Made by a program: the position numbers and the translations under genes. This document shows, piece by piece, positions 46,429 to 55,667 of a stretch of 124,000 bases of DNA. The DNA is from Hyalangium minutum (GTDB taxonomy: Bacteria; Myxococcota; Myxococcia; Myxococcales; Myxococcaceae). Within the stretch, counting starts at the first letter, position 1, and each line of letters starts with the position of its first letter. The stretch lies in assembly GCF_000737315.1 (NCBI RefSeq), contig NZ_JMCB01000001.1, forward strand, positions 20,001-144,000, given 5' to 3'. The notes below the pieces were generated by a model. That model saw nothing but the letters and a program-made list of their open reading frames with translations. It did not search any database and was not told where the DNA came from.

Positions 46429-47996
46429 CCCCGCGCACGCTCACCACCGCCGCGGCGCTGGCCGCGGCTCTCTCGTGCCTGCCTGCCGCCGCCCAGTCGC
46501 GGCCGGATGAGGATGCGATGTTCGGCGGCTCCTCCGAGAGTGAGACTCCCGCAGGGGCTACGCCCACGGCACCGTCCTCGACGAACGCCAGCGCTCCGCC
46601 CGCCCAGCCTCCCGCCGTGGAGCAGTCCGGCCGCGAGGAGACCCGGGATGAGCAGGCGCTCAGCGGGACGTCCTCGCAGGAGGCGTTCGGCTCCGAGGAG
46701 CATGTGGATGACCCGCTGAAGATCGGCGGCCAGTTCTACCTGCGCGCCATCGCCCAGGGAAACCAGGGCGTGTCCTTCGGCAGCACTCCGTTCTCCGCTC
46801 CCACGCTGGTGGATGGCTACTTCGATGCCCGCCCCACGGACCGCCTGCGCGGCATGGTGGTGGGCCGGCTCAGCTTCGATCCGACCCAGGGCAGCCAGAC
46901 CATCAGCTTCCTCGGCACCAATTCGAGCGATGGCAGCACCACCACTCCCGGCACCGTGCGGTCCAACCCGCGCGTCCTGCTGGATCAAGCGTGGCTGCGC
47001 TTCGACATCGATCACACGGTGTTCGTCACCGCAGGCAAGCAGCACGTGAAGTGGGGCACCTCGCGCTTCTGGAACCCCACGGACTTCCTGTCGCCCCAGC
47101 GCAGGGATCCGCTCGCCGTCTTCGATGCTCGCACCGGCGCCTCCATGCTGAAGCTCCACGTCCCCTGGGAGGCCAAGGGGTGGAACTTCTATGGCATCGC
47201 GATGCTGGACAATGCTGGGCCGGCCTTCACGCTCGGCCGCATCGGCGGCGCCGCTCGCGCCGAGGTCGTGCTGGGTGAGTCCGAGATCGGCGCCAGTGCC
47301 GTGCTCCAGCGCGGCCGCAAGCCCCGCTTCGGGCTCGATATCTCTTCGGCGCTCGGGCCGCTCGATGTGTACGCCGAGGCGGCACTGAAGAAGGGCTCGG
47401 ACACCCCACTCTACCGGCTGCCCGCGGGCGTCTCGATCCAGCAGCTCATCGAGGAGGCCGAGGACCTGGAGATCCACGGCCCGCAGGACCTCGTTCAGCT
47501 TCAGAAGCTGTCCATCGAGAGCTACACCCCGGGCGGGCTCACCCCGCAGGTCTCCGGCGGCGCCAACTACACGTTCGCCTACAGCGAGAACGACAGCGCC
47601 ACCGTGGGCGTCGAGTACTTCTACAACTCGACCGGCTACAGCACCGCCATCGCCTACCCGTACCTCATCGCGCAGGGGGTCTATCAGCCGTTCTACGTGG
47701 GCAAGCACTACGCCGGCCTTTACGGCGTGCTCACCGGACCGGGCTCCTGGGACAAGACGTCCTTCATCCTGTCCACCCTGGGCAACCTGTCGGACCGGTC
47801 CTTCACCACCCGGCTGGACGTGCTCCACCGCGTGCTCTCATACCTGAGCATCGAGGCGTACGCCGCCGCGAACTACGGCACCAAGGGCGGCGAGTTCCGC
47901 TTCGCCCTGGATGAGCCACCGTTCCAGGTCGATGGCAAGGCGTTCGTGCCTGCTCCCACGGTCCAGGCGGGCGTGGGCCTGCGCATCAACCTCTGA
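46425..47996 (+). CDS. Outer-membrane barrel protein
   Basis: Signal peptide; GKQHVKWG...NPTD; terminal GVGLRINL strand. Confidence 0.7.
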   Translation: MTPRTLTTAAALAAALSCLPAAAQSRPDEDAMFGGSSESETPAGATPTAPSSTNASAPPAQPPAVEQSGREETRDEQALSGTSSQEAFGSEEHVDDPLKIGGQFYLRAIAQGNQGVSFGSTPFSAPTLVDGYFDARPTDRLRGMVVGRLSFDPTQGSQTISFLGTNSSDGSTTTPGTVRSNPRVLLDQAWLRFDIDHTVFVTAGKQHVKWGTSRFWNPTDFLSPQRRDPLAVFDARTGASMLKLHVPWEAKGWNFYGIAMLDNAGPAFTLGRIGGAARAEVVLGESEIGASAVLQRGRKPRFGLDISSALGPLDVYAEAALKKGSDTPLYRLPAGVSIQQLIEEAEDLEIHGPQDLVQLQKLSIESYTPGGLTPQVSGGANYTFAYSENDSATVGVEYFYNSTGYSTAIAYPYLIAQGVYQPFYVGKHYAGLYGVLTGPGSWDKTSFILSTLGNLSDRSFTTRLDVLHRVLSYLSIEAYAAANYGTKGGEFRFALDEPPFQVDGKAFVPAPTVQAGVGLRINL

Positions 47997-48108
47997 CGTG
48001 CCCTCGGGGCCGCGCCCGTGTCTTCGAGCGCGGCCCCGAGTGTCGCTCGGGTGACGGCCCGGCGAGATGGGAGTGGCCTCCCAGGCTGCCTCCAGCGCAG
48101 GAAGAGGC

Positions 48109-49434
48109 ATGAACCGCCCTTCCGATGTCATCGTTCTAGGCGCGGGCGCCGCAGGCCTCGGGGCCGCGGAGCGGCTCGTGCGCGCCGGACTGCGCGTCAC
48201 GGTGCTCGAAGCACGCGACCGGGTGGGCGGCCGCGTCCACACGGTGCCGGATCCGTTCACTGGGACGCCGCTGGAGCTGGGCGCCGAGTTCGTCCACGGC
48301 ACGCCCCCCACCCTGCTGAAGCTCGCCAAGCGAGAGAAGCTCACCGTCAAGGCCTGCAATGACCGGCACGTGCGGTCCTGGAAGGGTCGGCTCCTGGATG
48401 CGGATAAGGCCTTCAACTTCGTCGAGGCGCTGGCCTCAGCGAAGCCTCCAGATCGGCCCGTGGGCGAGTTGCTGCGAGAGAGGGCTCGAGCCGAGCAGTG
48501 GCCAGCTCTCAAGCTCGCGATCGCCCGTGGCTATATCGAGGGCTTCTATGCCGCGTCCGCGGACACGGCCAGCACGCTCGCCATCGCGAAGATGGAGCAG
48601 GCGGCGGAGGAGCTGGGGGGGATTACTCCGTCACGTGTCATGCAGGGATATGGCCAGGTGCTGCGTCCGCTTGCAGAACGACTCGAGCGGCGCCCTGGCA
48701 CGCTCTTCCTCAACGCCGTGGCCGAGGAGATTCGCTGGTCGCGAGGCATGGTACGGGTAAGGGCCCGGACTCGCGAGGGAGCGCCTCTGGGCCTGTTCCA
48801 GGCTCCGCGCATCATCGTGACGCTGCCGGTGGGCGTGCTGCGCGTGCGTCCTCCCGAGCCCGGTGCCGTGCGCTTCATTCCGCGCCTCCCCGAGAAGGAG
48901 CGCGCGTGGACCCGCCTGGAGATGGGGCCCCTGGTGAAGGTGCTCCTGCGCTTCCGCTCGCCGTTCTGGAAGGACTCGAAGGACACGCGTCGCTTCGGCT
49001 TCTTCCATGCGCCGGAGTCCCCTTTCCCCACCTGGTGGACCTTGGAACCTCACCAGTCGCGGCACCTCGTCGGCTGGAGCGGGGGGCCTCCTGCCCTGAA
49101 ACTCTCGGAGCTGCCAGAAGCGACCGCGCTCGAGCAGGCGCTGGACACCCTCTCCCGCATCTTCCGTCTGCGGCTGCCGGTGCTCCGGACGGAGTTGGAG
49201 ACCTGGCGCGTCGTGAACTGGCAGCACGAGCCCTTCACCCGTGGCGGCTACTGCGTCATCCCCGTTGGAGCCGTCGAGGATCTGCAGAAACTGGCCGAGC
49301 CCGTGGCGGACACCCTCTTCTTCGCCGGTGAGGCCACGAATACCGAGGGCGAAGAGGGCACTGTGCATGGCGCGCTGGAGACGGGGCTTCGCGCTGCCCG
49401 AGAAGTCCTCCGCGCGAACCGCCGCACAGTGTGA
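48109..49434 (+). CDS. Flavin-containing amine oxidase family protein
   Basis: GAGAAGL, EARDRVGGR, LELGAEFVHG and FAGEAT...TVHGA motifs. Confidence 0.9.
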   Translation: MNRPSDVIVLGAGAAGLGAAERLVRAGLRVTVLEARDRVGGRVHTVPDPFTGTPLELGAEFVHGTPPTLLKLAKREKLTVKACNDRHVRSWKGRLLDADKAFNFVEALASAKPPDRPVGELLRERARAEQWPALKLAIARGYIEGFYAASADTASTLAIAKMEQAAEELGGITPSRVMQGYGQVLRPLAERLERRPGTLFLNAVAEEIRWSRGMVRVRARTREGAPLGLFQAPRIIVTLPVGVLRVRPPEPGAVRFIPRLPEKERAWTRLEMGPLVKVLLRFRSPFWKDSKDTRRFGFFHAPESPFPTWWTLEPHQSRHLVGWSGGPPALKLSELPEATALEQALDTLSRIFRLRLPVLRTELETWRVVNWQHEPFTRGGYCVIPVGAVEDLQKLAEPVADTLFFAGEATNTEGEEGTVHGALETGLRAAREVLRANRRTV

Positions 49435-49562
49435 AGCGCGTGGCACACCCCGAGGGCACTTCCCTGCACGTGTGCACGGGGGCCACGAGCGCGCGAGCAG
49501 AGGCACGACGCCTGCACCATCAGGTCTACCCCTGGGAGCCCCCACCCACCCTGGAACCTCAC

Positions 49563-50108
49563 ATGCTCCGCACTTCTTGCGCCCCCCTCTCCGCGCTGAT
49601 TCTGGTGCTGCTGTCCGCCCCCGCTGCCCAGGCCAGTGACTTCGGCCCCCAGGCCGGTGCCACCTATGTCAACCCTGGCCTTCTGCTGAGCGGCTCGTAC
49701 CGGCACTCGGGCAAGGGCGCCTTCGGACTCGGCGCCGAGCTCAGCCTCCACCACTTCACCAACAACGACTTCGGCGGATTCGGAGTCTTCGCCCAGTGGC
49801 AGGCCATGAACTTCCAGTACGACCGCTTCTGCGGCGGCCTGCAGGCGACCGATACCCTCGAGACGTTTCCCATCGGCATGGAGCTCGGCGTGGCATACGA
49901 GACCGAGGGCGGTGGCGAGGCCGCGACCACCAGCCTTCACTTCGCTCCGTTCGCCTCCGTGGGCGCCGCCACCGCCACCCTGCGCTTCGGCATCCCCATC
50001 GCGGGCGGCACCGAGGAGCTGCCCCGGCATGGCTTCGACGTGGGACTCACCCTCGCCATCAAGATTCCCCTACGGCTCGATGGCCCCAGCCCCTTCTCTG
50101 GCAGGTAG
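49563..50108 (+). CDS. Secreted beta-rich hypothetical protein
   Basis: Signal peptide ending AQA; alternating Gly/aromatic strands. Confidence 0.6.
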   Translation: MLRTSCAPLSALILVLLSAPAAQASDFGPQAGATYVNPGLLLSGSYRHSGKGAFGLGAELSLHHFTNNDFGGFGVFAQWQAMNFQYDRFCGGLQATDTLETFPIGMELGVAYETEGGGEAATTSLHFAPFASVGAATATLRFGIPIAGGTEELPRHGFDVGLTLAIKIPLRLDGPSPFSGR

Positions 50109-50191
50109 GCCCATTTCCCACTCGCGGCGCAGGCGCTCTGACGCACTGACCCACCCACCTTTCAAGATATGAGAAAAAAATAGGGGGTATG

Positions 50192-50218
50192 GAAACGGCC
50201 TGGGGAAATCCCCGATAA
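50192..50218 (+). promoter_or_regulatory. sigma28-like promoter of the 929-aa gene
   Basis: GAAACGGC-N11-CCCGATAA, 38 bp before the ATG, behind an AT-rich tract. Confidence 0.6.
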
Positions 50219-50256
50219 CCGGAGAGCCCCCCACTCTCCTCTGGGAGTCCCCCCGC

Positions 50257-53046
50257 ATGGCCACGGACGTAAGCACCTCAGGCAACTCGAACGCCGCCGC
50301 CGAAGCCGCTGCACGCCGTGCAGCAGAAGCCGCGGAGGCCGCACGACGTGCCGCCATCGAGGCCGCCCAACGCGCCGAGCAGGCCCGTCAGCAGGCAGAG
50401 CAGGCCGCCAAGGCCCAGGAGCAGGCCGCCAAGGCCGCCGAGGGCGCCGCCAAGGACGTGGGGCAGGCCCGCAAGGATCTGGTGCACGGCCAGCAGCAGT
50501 TGGAGAACGCGCCTCCGGCTCAGCGCGAGGCCGCCAAGAAGAACGTGGAGAAGCTCAGGGGCGAGGTCGACTCCACCCGCGAGAAACTGAAGACGGCCAA
50601 CCGCAGCCTGCTCGACGCTGACACCAAGCTCCAGAAGGCCCAGGAGAACGTCGCCCGCGAATCCAAGAACGCCGAAGAGGCGATGCTCAAGGCCAACGGC
50701 GCGGCGAAGAAGGACACCCTCAATTACGCGGTCAACGCGCTCAACCCCTTCAAGTCCGCCGATCCCTTCAGCAAGGAGCAGCTCGCCAAGGCTGGCCCCT
50801 CGGCCACGGAGATCAAGGATGCCTTCGACGGCGCCAATGGGGCCGAGCGCGACACGCTCTCCAAGAAGCTGGGCGTCGAGGCCTCGAATGATCCGAAGGA
50901 GATCCAGGCCAACCTGGATGCCAACCGCGACTTCGCGCAGCTGAAGCAGGATCCGGCCAAGGCCAAGACGCTCGAGCAGCTGAACATCCGCGACGGCAAG
51001 GATCTGCGCGGCTTTGGCAAGAAGCTGGCCGGGCAGGCCGCGGGCACCGCCCAGGGCAAGGACGCGCTGAACCTGAAGGGCGTACAGGACAAGGAGGCCC
51101 TGGCGTCCATCGTGCAGACGTCGGCCAACACGCTCGAGGGCACGGCGAAGGACACGCTCAAGAACGAGCTGTTCGCCCAGCAGGTGGCCAGCGGCCAGGA
51201 TCCGCAGAAGGCCGCGAACCTCAAGGGCACGGACCTCGCCGTCGCCGCGCACAACAACGAGCTGAAGGACGTCGTCAACAAGCCCGTCAAGGACTGGACC
51301 GAGGCGGACGCGAACCAGTACACGAAGGCGCTCGCCGATCAGGTGGAGAAGTACAAGAACGATCCCGAGGCCGTCGAGTCGCTGATGACGATGTCGGGCG
51401 AGCAGCTCCACCGCAGCGCCCAGCTCGTGGGCCAGGGCACCGAGCACAAGGGCAGCAAGGAGGAGATGGCCGGGCTGACGGCGAACCTCAGCCGCATCGG
51501 CAACGCCGCTCCCCCGCGCGCCGCCGCGCAGCTGGCCATGGGCATCGCCAACGAGATCCCCGAGGACAGCGAGCAGAACTACGTCGATGACGGGTTCAGC
51601 AAGTTCGTCGACGAGGGGGGCTCCTCACAGTTCCGCGACACCATCGCCGCCGCGCTCAAGCAGGGCGGCAAGGAGGACGCCGCCGAGGAGCTCATCGAGA
51701 AGGGCGGCGGCAGCGGCCTGGATGACCTCGCTGGCAACGTCTGGGACGGCATCAAGGACGCGGGCGAGTTCCTCGCCGACAAGGCGGGAGACGCCGCCAA
51801 GGGCGCCTACAACTTCGTCTCGGATCAGGTCGTCGGCAAGCTGGGCGACTCCATCCGCAACGCGGCCGCCAACGCGCTCAACATCGACGACCAGATCCAC
51901 AAGCTGAAATCCCCGGGCGACAGCTTCACGGTGAAGGCGGGCGTCGAGGGCACCCTCTTCGGCGCGGATCTGGGCGCCGGCGTGGAGATGAAGGTCTCCA
52001 AGACGGACACGGGCTACTCCATGGAGCTGCAGGGCAACGGCACCGCCGGCGTGGCCTCCAAGCTCAAGCTGCCGGGGCTGACGGACGCGGAGCTGTCGGC
52101 CACAGGCACGGCCTCGGCCACCGTGAAGTTCGAGTTCAAGAACGCCCAGGAGGTGGAGAAGGCCTCTGAGACCGTCGCGGGCGTGGCCATTGGCGCGGCC
52201 GCCACCGCCGGACCGCTGGCCCCCGTGGGCGCGGCGATGCTGGCCTCCGCGGGCAACGAGCTGGGCTTCATCGGCGACCACTACAAGTCCACCACCCTGA
52301 AGCTCGAGGGCAAGGGCGAGATCTCCGGCGAGGCTGGGGGCTCCCTGGGCCTGCCCGGCGCGAAGCTGGCGGGCTCGGTGTCCAACGCGACGGCCATCGA
52401 GATCCCCAAGTCGGGCCCGCCGAACCTCATCCTCACCCAGAAGGTGGGCGTGGAGGGCAAGCTGGACGTGGCCGACGGCGTGGGCCTGCCCAGCGGCGGC
52501 ACGCTCAGCCCGGGCAAGCTCGACGGCAAGGCAGAGATCTCCATGGAGACCAAGGTCCCGATCGATCTCAGCCCCAGCAAGCTCATCTCCGATCCGGTGG
52601 GCGCGCTGAAGCAGGCGGGCAAGACGGCCGTGGACAAGTCCACCACCAAGCTGTCCGCCAACGTGGAGCTCGCCGCGGGCGCCGAGATCGAGGGCGGCCC
52701 AGTGAAGCTCAACGGCCGCCAGGGCCTCCAGGTCCAGCTGTCCGCCGAGGCCAAGACCAAGGACATCGCCGGCTCGCTGGGCAAGGCCATCACCGGCGAC
52801 CTCGGCGGGGCGCTGCGCACGCTGGATCAGGGCACGAAGGTGAGCGCCAAAGTGAGCGCCTACACCGATGACAAGGTCGGCTTCGAGGAGGAGGGCGTGA
52901 GCGTCGGCGTTGCCTCCATCGACGTGACCGCCGAGGCCAAGACGCGCAGCTCCGAGGTCCTCACGGACTTCAAGGGCACGCCGTCGGAGTTGCTCAGCCG
53001 GTTCGGCAGCGTGGTGAACGGCGTGGGCTTCACCCAAACGGCCTGA
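50257..53046 (+). CDS. Large hypothetical protein, candidate T3SS substrate
   Basis: No signal peptide; coiled-coil N-terminus; Gly-rich beta C-terminal half. Confidence 0.75.
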   Translation: MATDVSTSGNSNAAAEAAARRAAEAAEAARRAAIEAAQRAEQARQQAEQAAKAQEQAAKAAEGAAKDVGQARKDLVHGQQQLENAPPAQREAAKKNVEKLRGEVDSTREKLKTANRSLLDADTKLQKAQENVARESKNAEEAMLKANGAAKKDTLNYAVNALNPFKSADPFSKEQLAKAGPSATEIKDAFDGANGAERDTLSKKLGVEASNDPKEIQANLDANRDFAQLKQDPAKAKTLEQLNIRDGKDLRGFGKKLAGQAAGTAQGKDALNLKGVQDKEALASIVQTSANTLEGTAKDTLKNELFAQQVASGQDPQKAANLKGTDLAVAAHNNELKDVVNKPVKDWTEADANQYTKALADQVEKYKNDPEAVESLMTMSGEQLHRSAQLVGQGTEHKGSKEEMAGLTANLSRIGNAAPPRAAAQLAMGIANEIPEDSEQNYVDDGFSKFVDEGGSSQFRDTIAAALKQGGKEDAAEELIEKGGGSGLDDLAGNVWDGIKDAGEFLADKAGDAAKGAYNFVSDQVVGKLGDSIRNAAANALNIDDQIHKLKSPGDSFTVKAGVEGTLFGADLGAGVEMKVSKTDTGYSMELQGNGTAGVASKLKLPGLTDAELSATGTASATVKFEFKNAQEVEKASETVAGVAIGAAATAGPLAPVGAAMLASAGNELGFIGDHYKSTTLKLEGKGEISGEAGGSLGLPGAKLAGSVSNATAIEIPKSGPPNLILTQKVGVEGKLDVADGVGLPSGGTLSPGKLDGKAEISMETKVPIDLSPSKLISDPVGALKQAGKTAVDKSTTKLSANVELAAGAEIEGGPVKLNGRQGLQVQLSAEAKTKDIAGSLGKAITGDLGGALRTLDQGTKVSAKVSAYTDDKVGFEEEGVSVGVASIDVTAEAKTRSSEVLTDFKGTPSELLSRFGSVVNGVGFTQTA

Positions 53047-53136
53047 GCCTCCGCACTGCCAGGGAGCATGGGTGCGGGCGCTCGGCCGCCCGCCGTCCCC
53101 GTGTCACAGCGTCAGGACGTGAACAGCTTCTGACCG

Positions 53137-53976
53137 ATGACTCCCTGGCTCGCACTCTCTCTTGGCCTGTGGCTCGGGCAGACGCCCGAGATCACTCCTT
53201 CCCTGCCCCCTGATGCCGATACCCAGGATCCCGCGGCCCTCGAGTTCCGGGACGCCTGGGAGCGGGCGCTCCAGAACGCGGACGCCACCGCCGAAGGACA
53301 GGACTTCACGGACGGCGTCGTCCAGATGCCCGTCTTTGAAGTCGGAGGCTCCAACCCGGACTACCAGTCCGTTCCGGTGACAGGCGGCACGGCTTCGCAG
53401 CCCACGGCGGACACGGCGGCCACAGGCACCGGTGGTGCGGGCACTGCGGGGACTACAGACGAGGCCCAAGCCCAGGGCACAGCCGCAGCCTCTGGCACGG
53501 GAACCACCACTGGCGCCACTGGCAACCTGCAGCAACAGGTGAACGCCCTGCGCAGTGAGGTTCAGACGCTTCAGGCCCAGCTCGCCACTCAGCAGCAGCA
53601 GGATGCCGCCATGCGGGAGCGCGCCAACACGCTGGAGCAGGATCGCCAGATGCGGCTGGACGAGATCGATCGTGCCCGTCAGTGGCTGATCGCGGCTGAC
53701 CAGGCGCTCGTGGCGGGCGAGCTGGACATCGGAGACACGCTCCAGGAGGCGGACGCGGCGCTGGAGCAGGTGGCCCAGAGCGCCACGGATGCAGGGAGCG
53801 GACAGACCGTGGTCCTCGTCGAGGGCGCGCGGACCGACATTGCCCAGGCGCTCTCCTCCACGGGGAACCGGGACACGTACAAGGCCCGGTGGGATCTGTT
53901 CTTCGCCTACGAGCGCCTCCGCGAGGCCCGCCGACAGAACCTCGACGAGGCCAGCGCCACCACCGTCACCCGGTGA
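53137..53976 (+). CDS. Secreted coiled-coil hypothetical protein
   Basis: Hydrophobic N-terminus, Thr/Gly/Ala linker, coiled coil. Confidence 0.65.
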   Translation: MTPWLALSLGLWLGQTPEITPSLPPDADTQDPAALEFRDAWERALQNADATAEGQDFTDGVVQMPVFEVGGSNPDYQSVPVTGGTASQPTADTAATGTGGAGTAGTTDEAQAQGTAAASGTGTTTGATGNLQQQVNALRSEVQTLQAQLATQQQQDAAMRERANTLEQDRQMRLDEIDRARQWLIAADQALVAGELDIGDTLQEADAALEQVAQSATDAGSGQTVVLVEGARTDIAQALSSTGNRDTYKARWDLFFAYERLREARRQNLDEASATTVTR

Positions 53977-54020
53977 AGGACGGCGCCGTCTTCACCGGGG
54001 AGCCTCAGGAAGGCTCGGGG

Positions 54021-55481
54021 TTACTCTTTGAGGATGACCAGGCCTCGGGACGTCTCGGCCGCGTAGATGTAACCGTCCCCAGTGACCGCCACATCACTGA
54101 GTCCCTCGAAGAAGGACACCCCGCGAGCCTTGTCCGTCTCGCGCCACGTGTTGAAGTAGCCCACCACGCGCGGCTCGTTGGGGTTGGAGACATCCAGCAC
54201 GCGCAGGCCGTCCTGGTAGTGCGCCACGTAGAGCTTCGTGCCCACCAGCGACACCGAGCGAATGGACACCTCCGGCCGGAGCGAGAACTCCGCCGCCTGG
54301 GTGACGATGACGTCCGGCGCGCTGACATCCAGCACCCGCAGGTGCGCGCCCCAGGCCTCCCCAGCCTCGAACGCAACGGTGCGGTTGTTGATGACGCCCA
54401 CCGCCGCCGTGCGGGTGGTCGCTTCCGGGTACGAGTACTTGCCCAGCAGCTTGGGCTGGCGCGGGTTGGTCACGTCCGACACCGCCAGTCCGTACGTCCA
54501 GTGGCTCACGTACAACCGGCCGCCGCTGGCCACGACGTCATAGGGCCGGTCCCCCACCGTCGGGTTCGTGTTCTCTACGTAGTACCGCTTGGCCAACGCC
54601 AGTTCCCGCGGGTTGGTGGCGTCGAAGATGAGAACCTCGGCGTTCGGGGAGGGCGAGGCTGCATAGAGCCAGTTCCCGTCCATCGTCACCGCGCGCACGT
54701 CCACGGCCTTGTCCGTGGGGAACGCCTTGACCGGCAACGGGGACCTCGGGTTCGACACGTCGTAGACCAGAACACCGCGCTTGGTGCTGGCGATGTACAT
54801 CGTCTGATCCTTCACCCAGACCTTGTGAAACGCATCCGCATCGGTCGCCGAGAGCACCAGCTTCCCCGCCAGGCTCGGCGCCGCGGGGTTCGTCACGTCG
54901 AAGATGTAGAGGCCCTTCTCGCTCGCGGCGATGTACGCGAAGCCCCCTGCCACGAAGATGTCCTGGGCCTTGGCGTCATCCGGCAGCGCCAGCTCCGAGA
55001 CGAACTCAATGTTGGAGCCCTCGGTCTCGCCTTCGCGGCGCACGACGCGCTTGGCCTGGAAGGTGCCCGCCAGATCCTGCGTGCCGTTGAAGCAGCGCCG
55101 GAACACGCCCTCCACCTGCGTGGGAGACGTCGAGCGGCACCCGGCGAAGCGAAACTCGAAGTTGCCGGTGCCATCGGTGGCAGCCACGTCACTGGACACG
55201 AGGAACAGCTCCGGCTCGATGCGCGTGCTGGAGATGGGCAGCCCGGAGATCGCGGGCTCGCCAACATACCGGAGGACCCCGGCCGACTTCTCCCCGTCGT
55301 CGAAGGTCAGGTCCATGTTCCAGATGCCCTCGGCCTTGATGGCTCCGAGGCCCGACTTGTCGCACGAGGACAGGTCCAGCTTCTCGTAGGCACAGTCATT
55401 CCGGGCAACTGGCGCGTTGGCTTTCCCACACCCCGCCGCGAGCAGCAGGGCACCCAGGGACACTGAAAAGAGGCGGATCAT
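54021..55481 (-). CDS. LVIVD-repeat lipoprotein
   Basis: Lipobox AAGC; repeats such as GLYIFDVTNP, GLAVSDVTNP and GLRVLDVSNP. Confidence 0.85.
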   Translation of the reverse strand: MIRLFSVSLGALLLAAGCGKANAPVARNDCAYEKLDLSSCDKSGLGAIKAEGIWNMDLTFDDGEKSAGVLRYVGEPAISGLPISSTRIEPELFLVSSDVAATDGTGNFEFRFAGCRSTSPTQVEGVFRRCFNGTQDLAGTFQAKRVVRREGETEGSNIEFVSELALPDDAKAQDIFVAGGFAYIAASEKGLYIFDVTNPAAPSLAGKLVLSATDADAFHKVWVKDQTMYIASTKRGVLVYDVSNPRSPLPVKAFPTDKAVDVRAVTMDGNWLYAASPSPNAEVLIFDATNPRELALAKRYYVENTNPTVGDRPYDVVASGGRLYVSHWTYGLAVSDVTNPRQPKLLGKYSYPEATTRTAAVGVINNRTVAFEAGEAWGAHLRVLDVSAPDVIVTQAAEFSLRPEVSIRSVSLVGTKLYVAHYQDGLRVLDVSNPNEPRVVGYFNTWRETDKARGVSFFEGLSDVAVTGDGYIYAAETSRGLVILKE

Positions 55482-55667
55482 AGCCCCCTGCATACCGGGA
55501 GGCACGACGGGACGAAAGGGCTACCCGTTTGGAGACACCACGGAACAAGGAAGTACAGAGCTGAGCAAAAGCTCACGTTAGACTTGTGCCTTGCACTCCC
55601 CAGAGGGAGCTTCCATCCCTACGTACGCTCTGTCGCTCGACCCCCAACAGGCCCTGAGGTCGTACCT

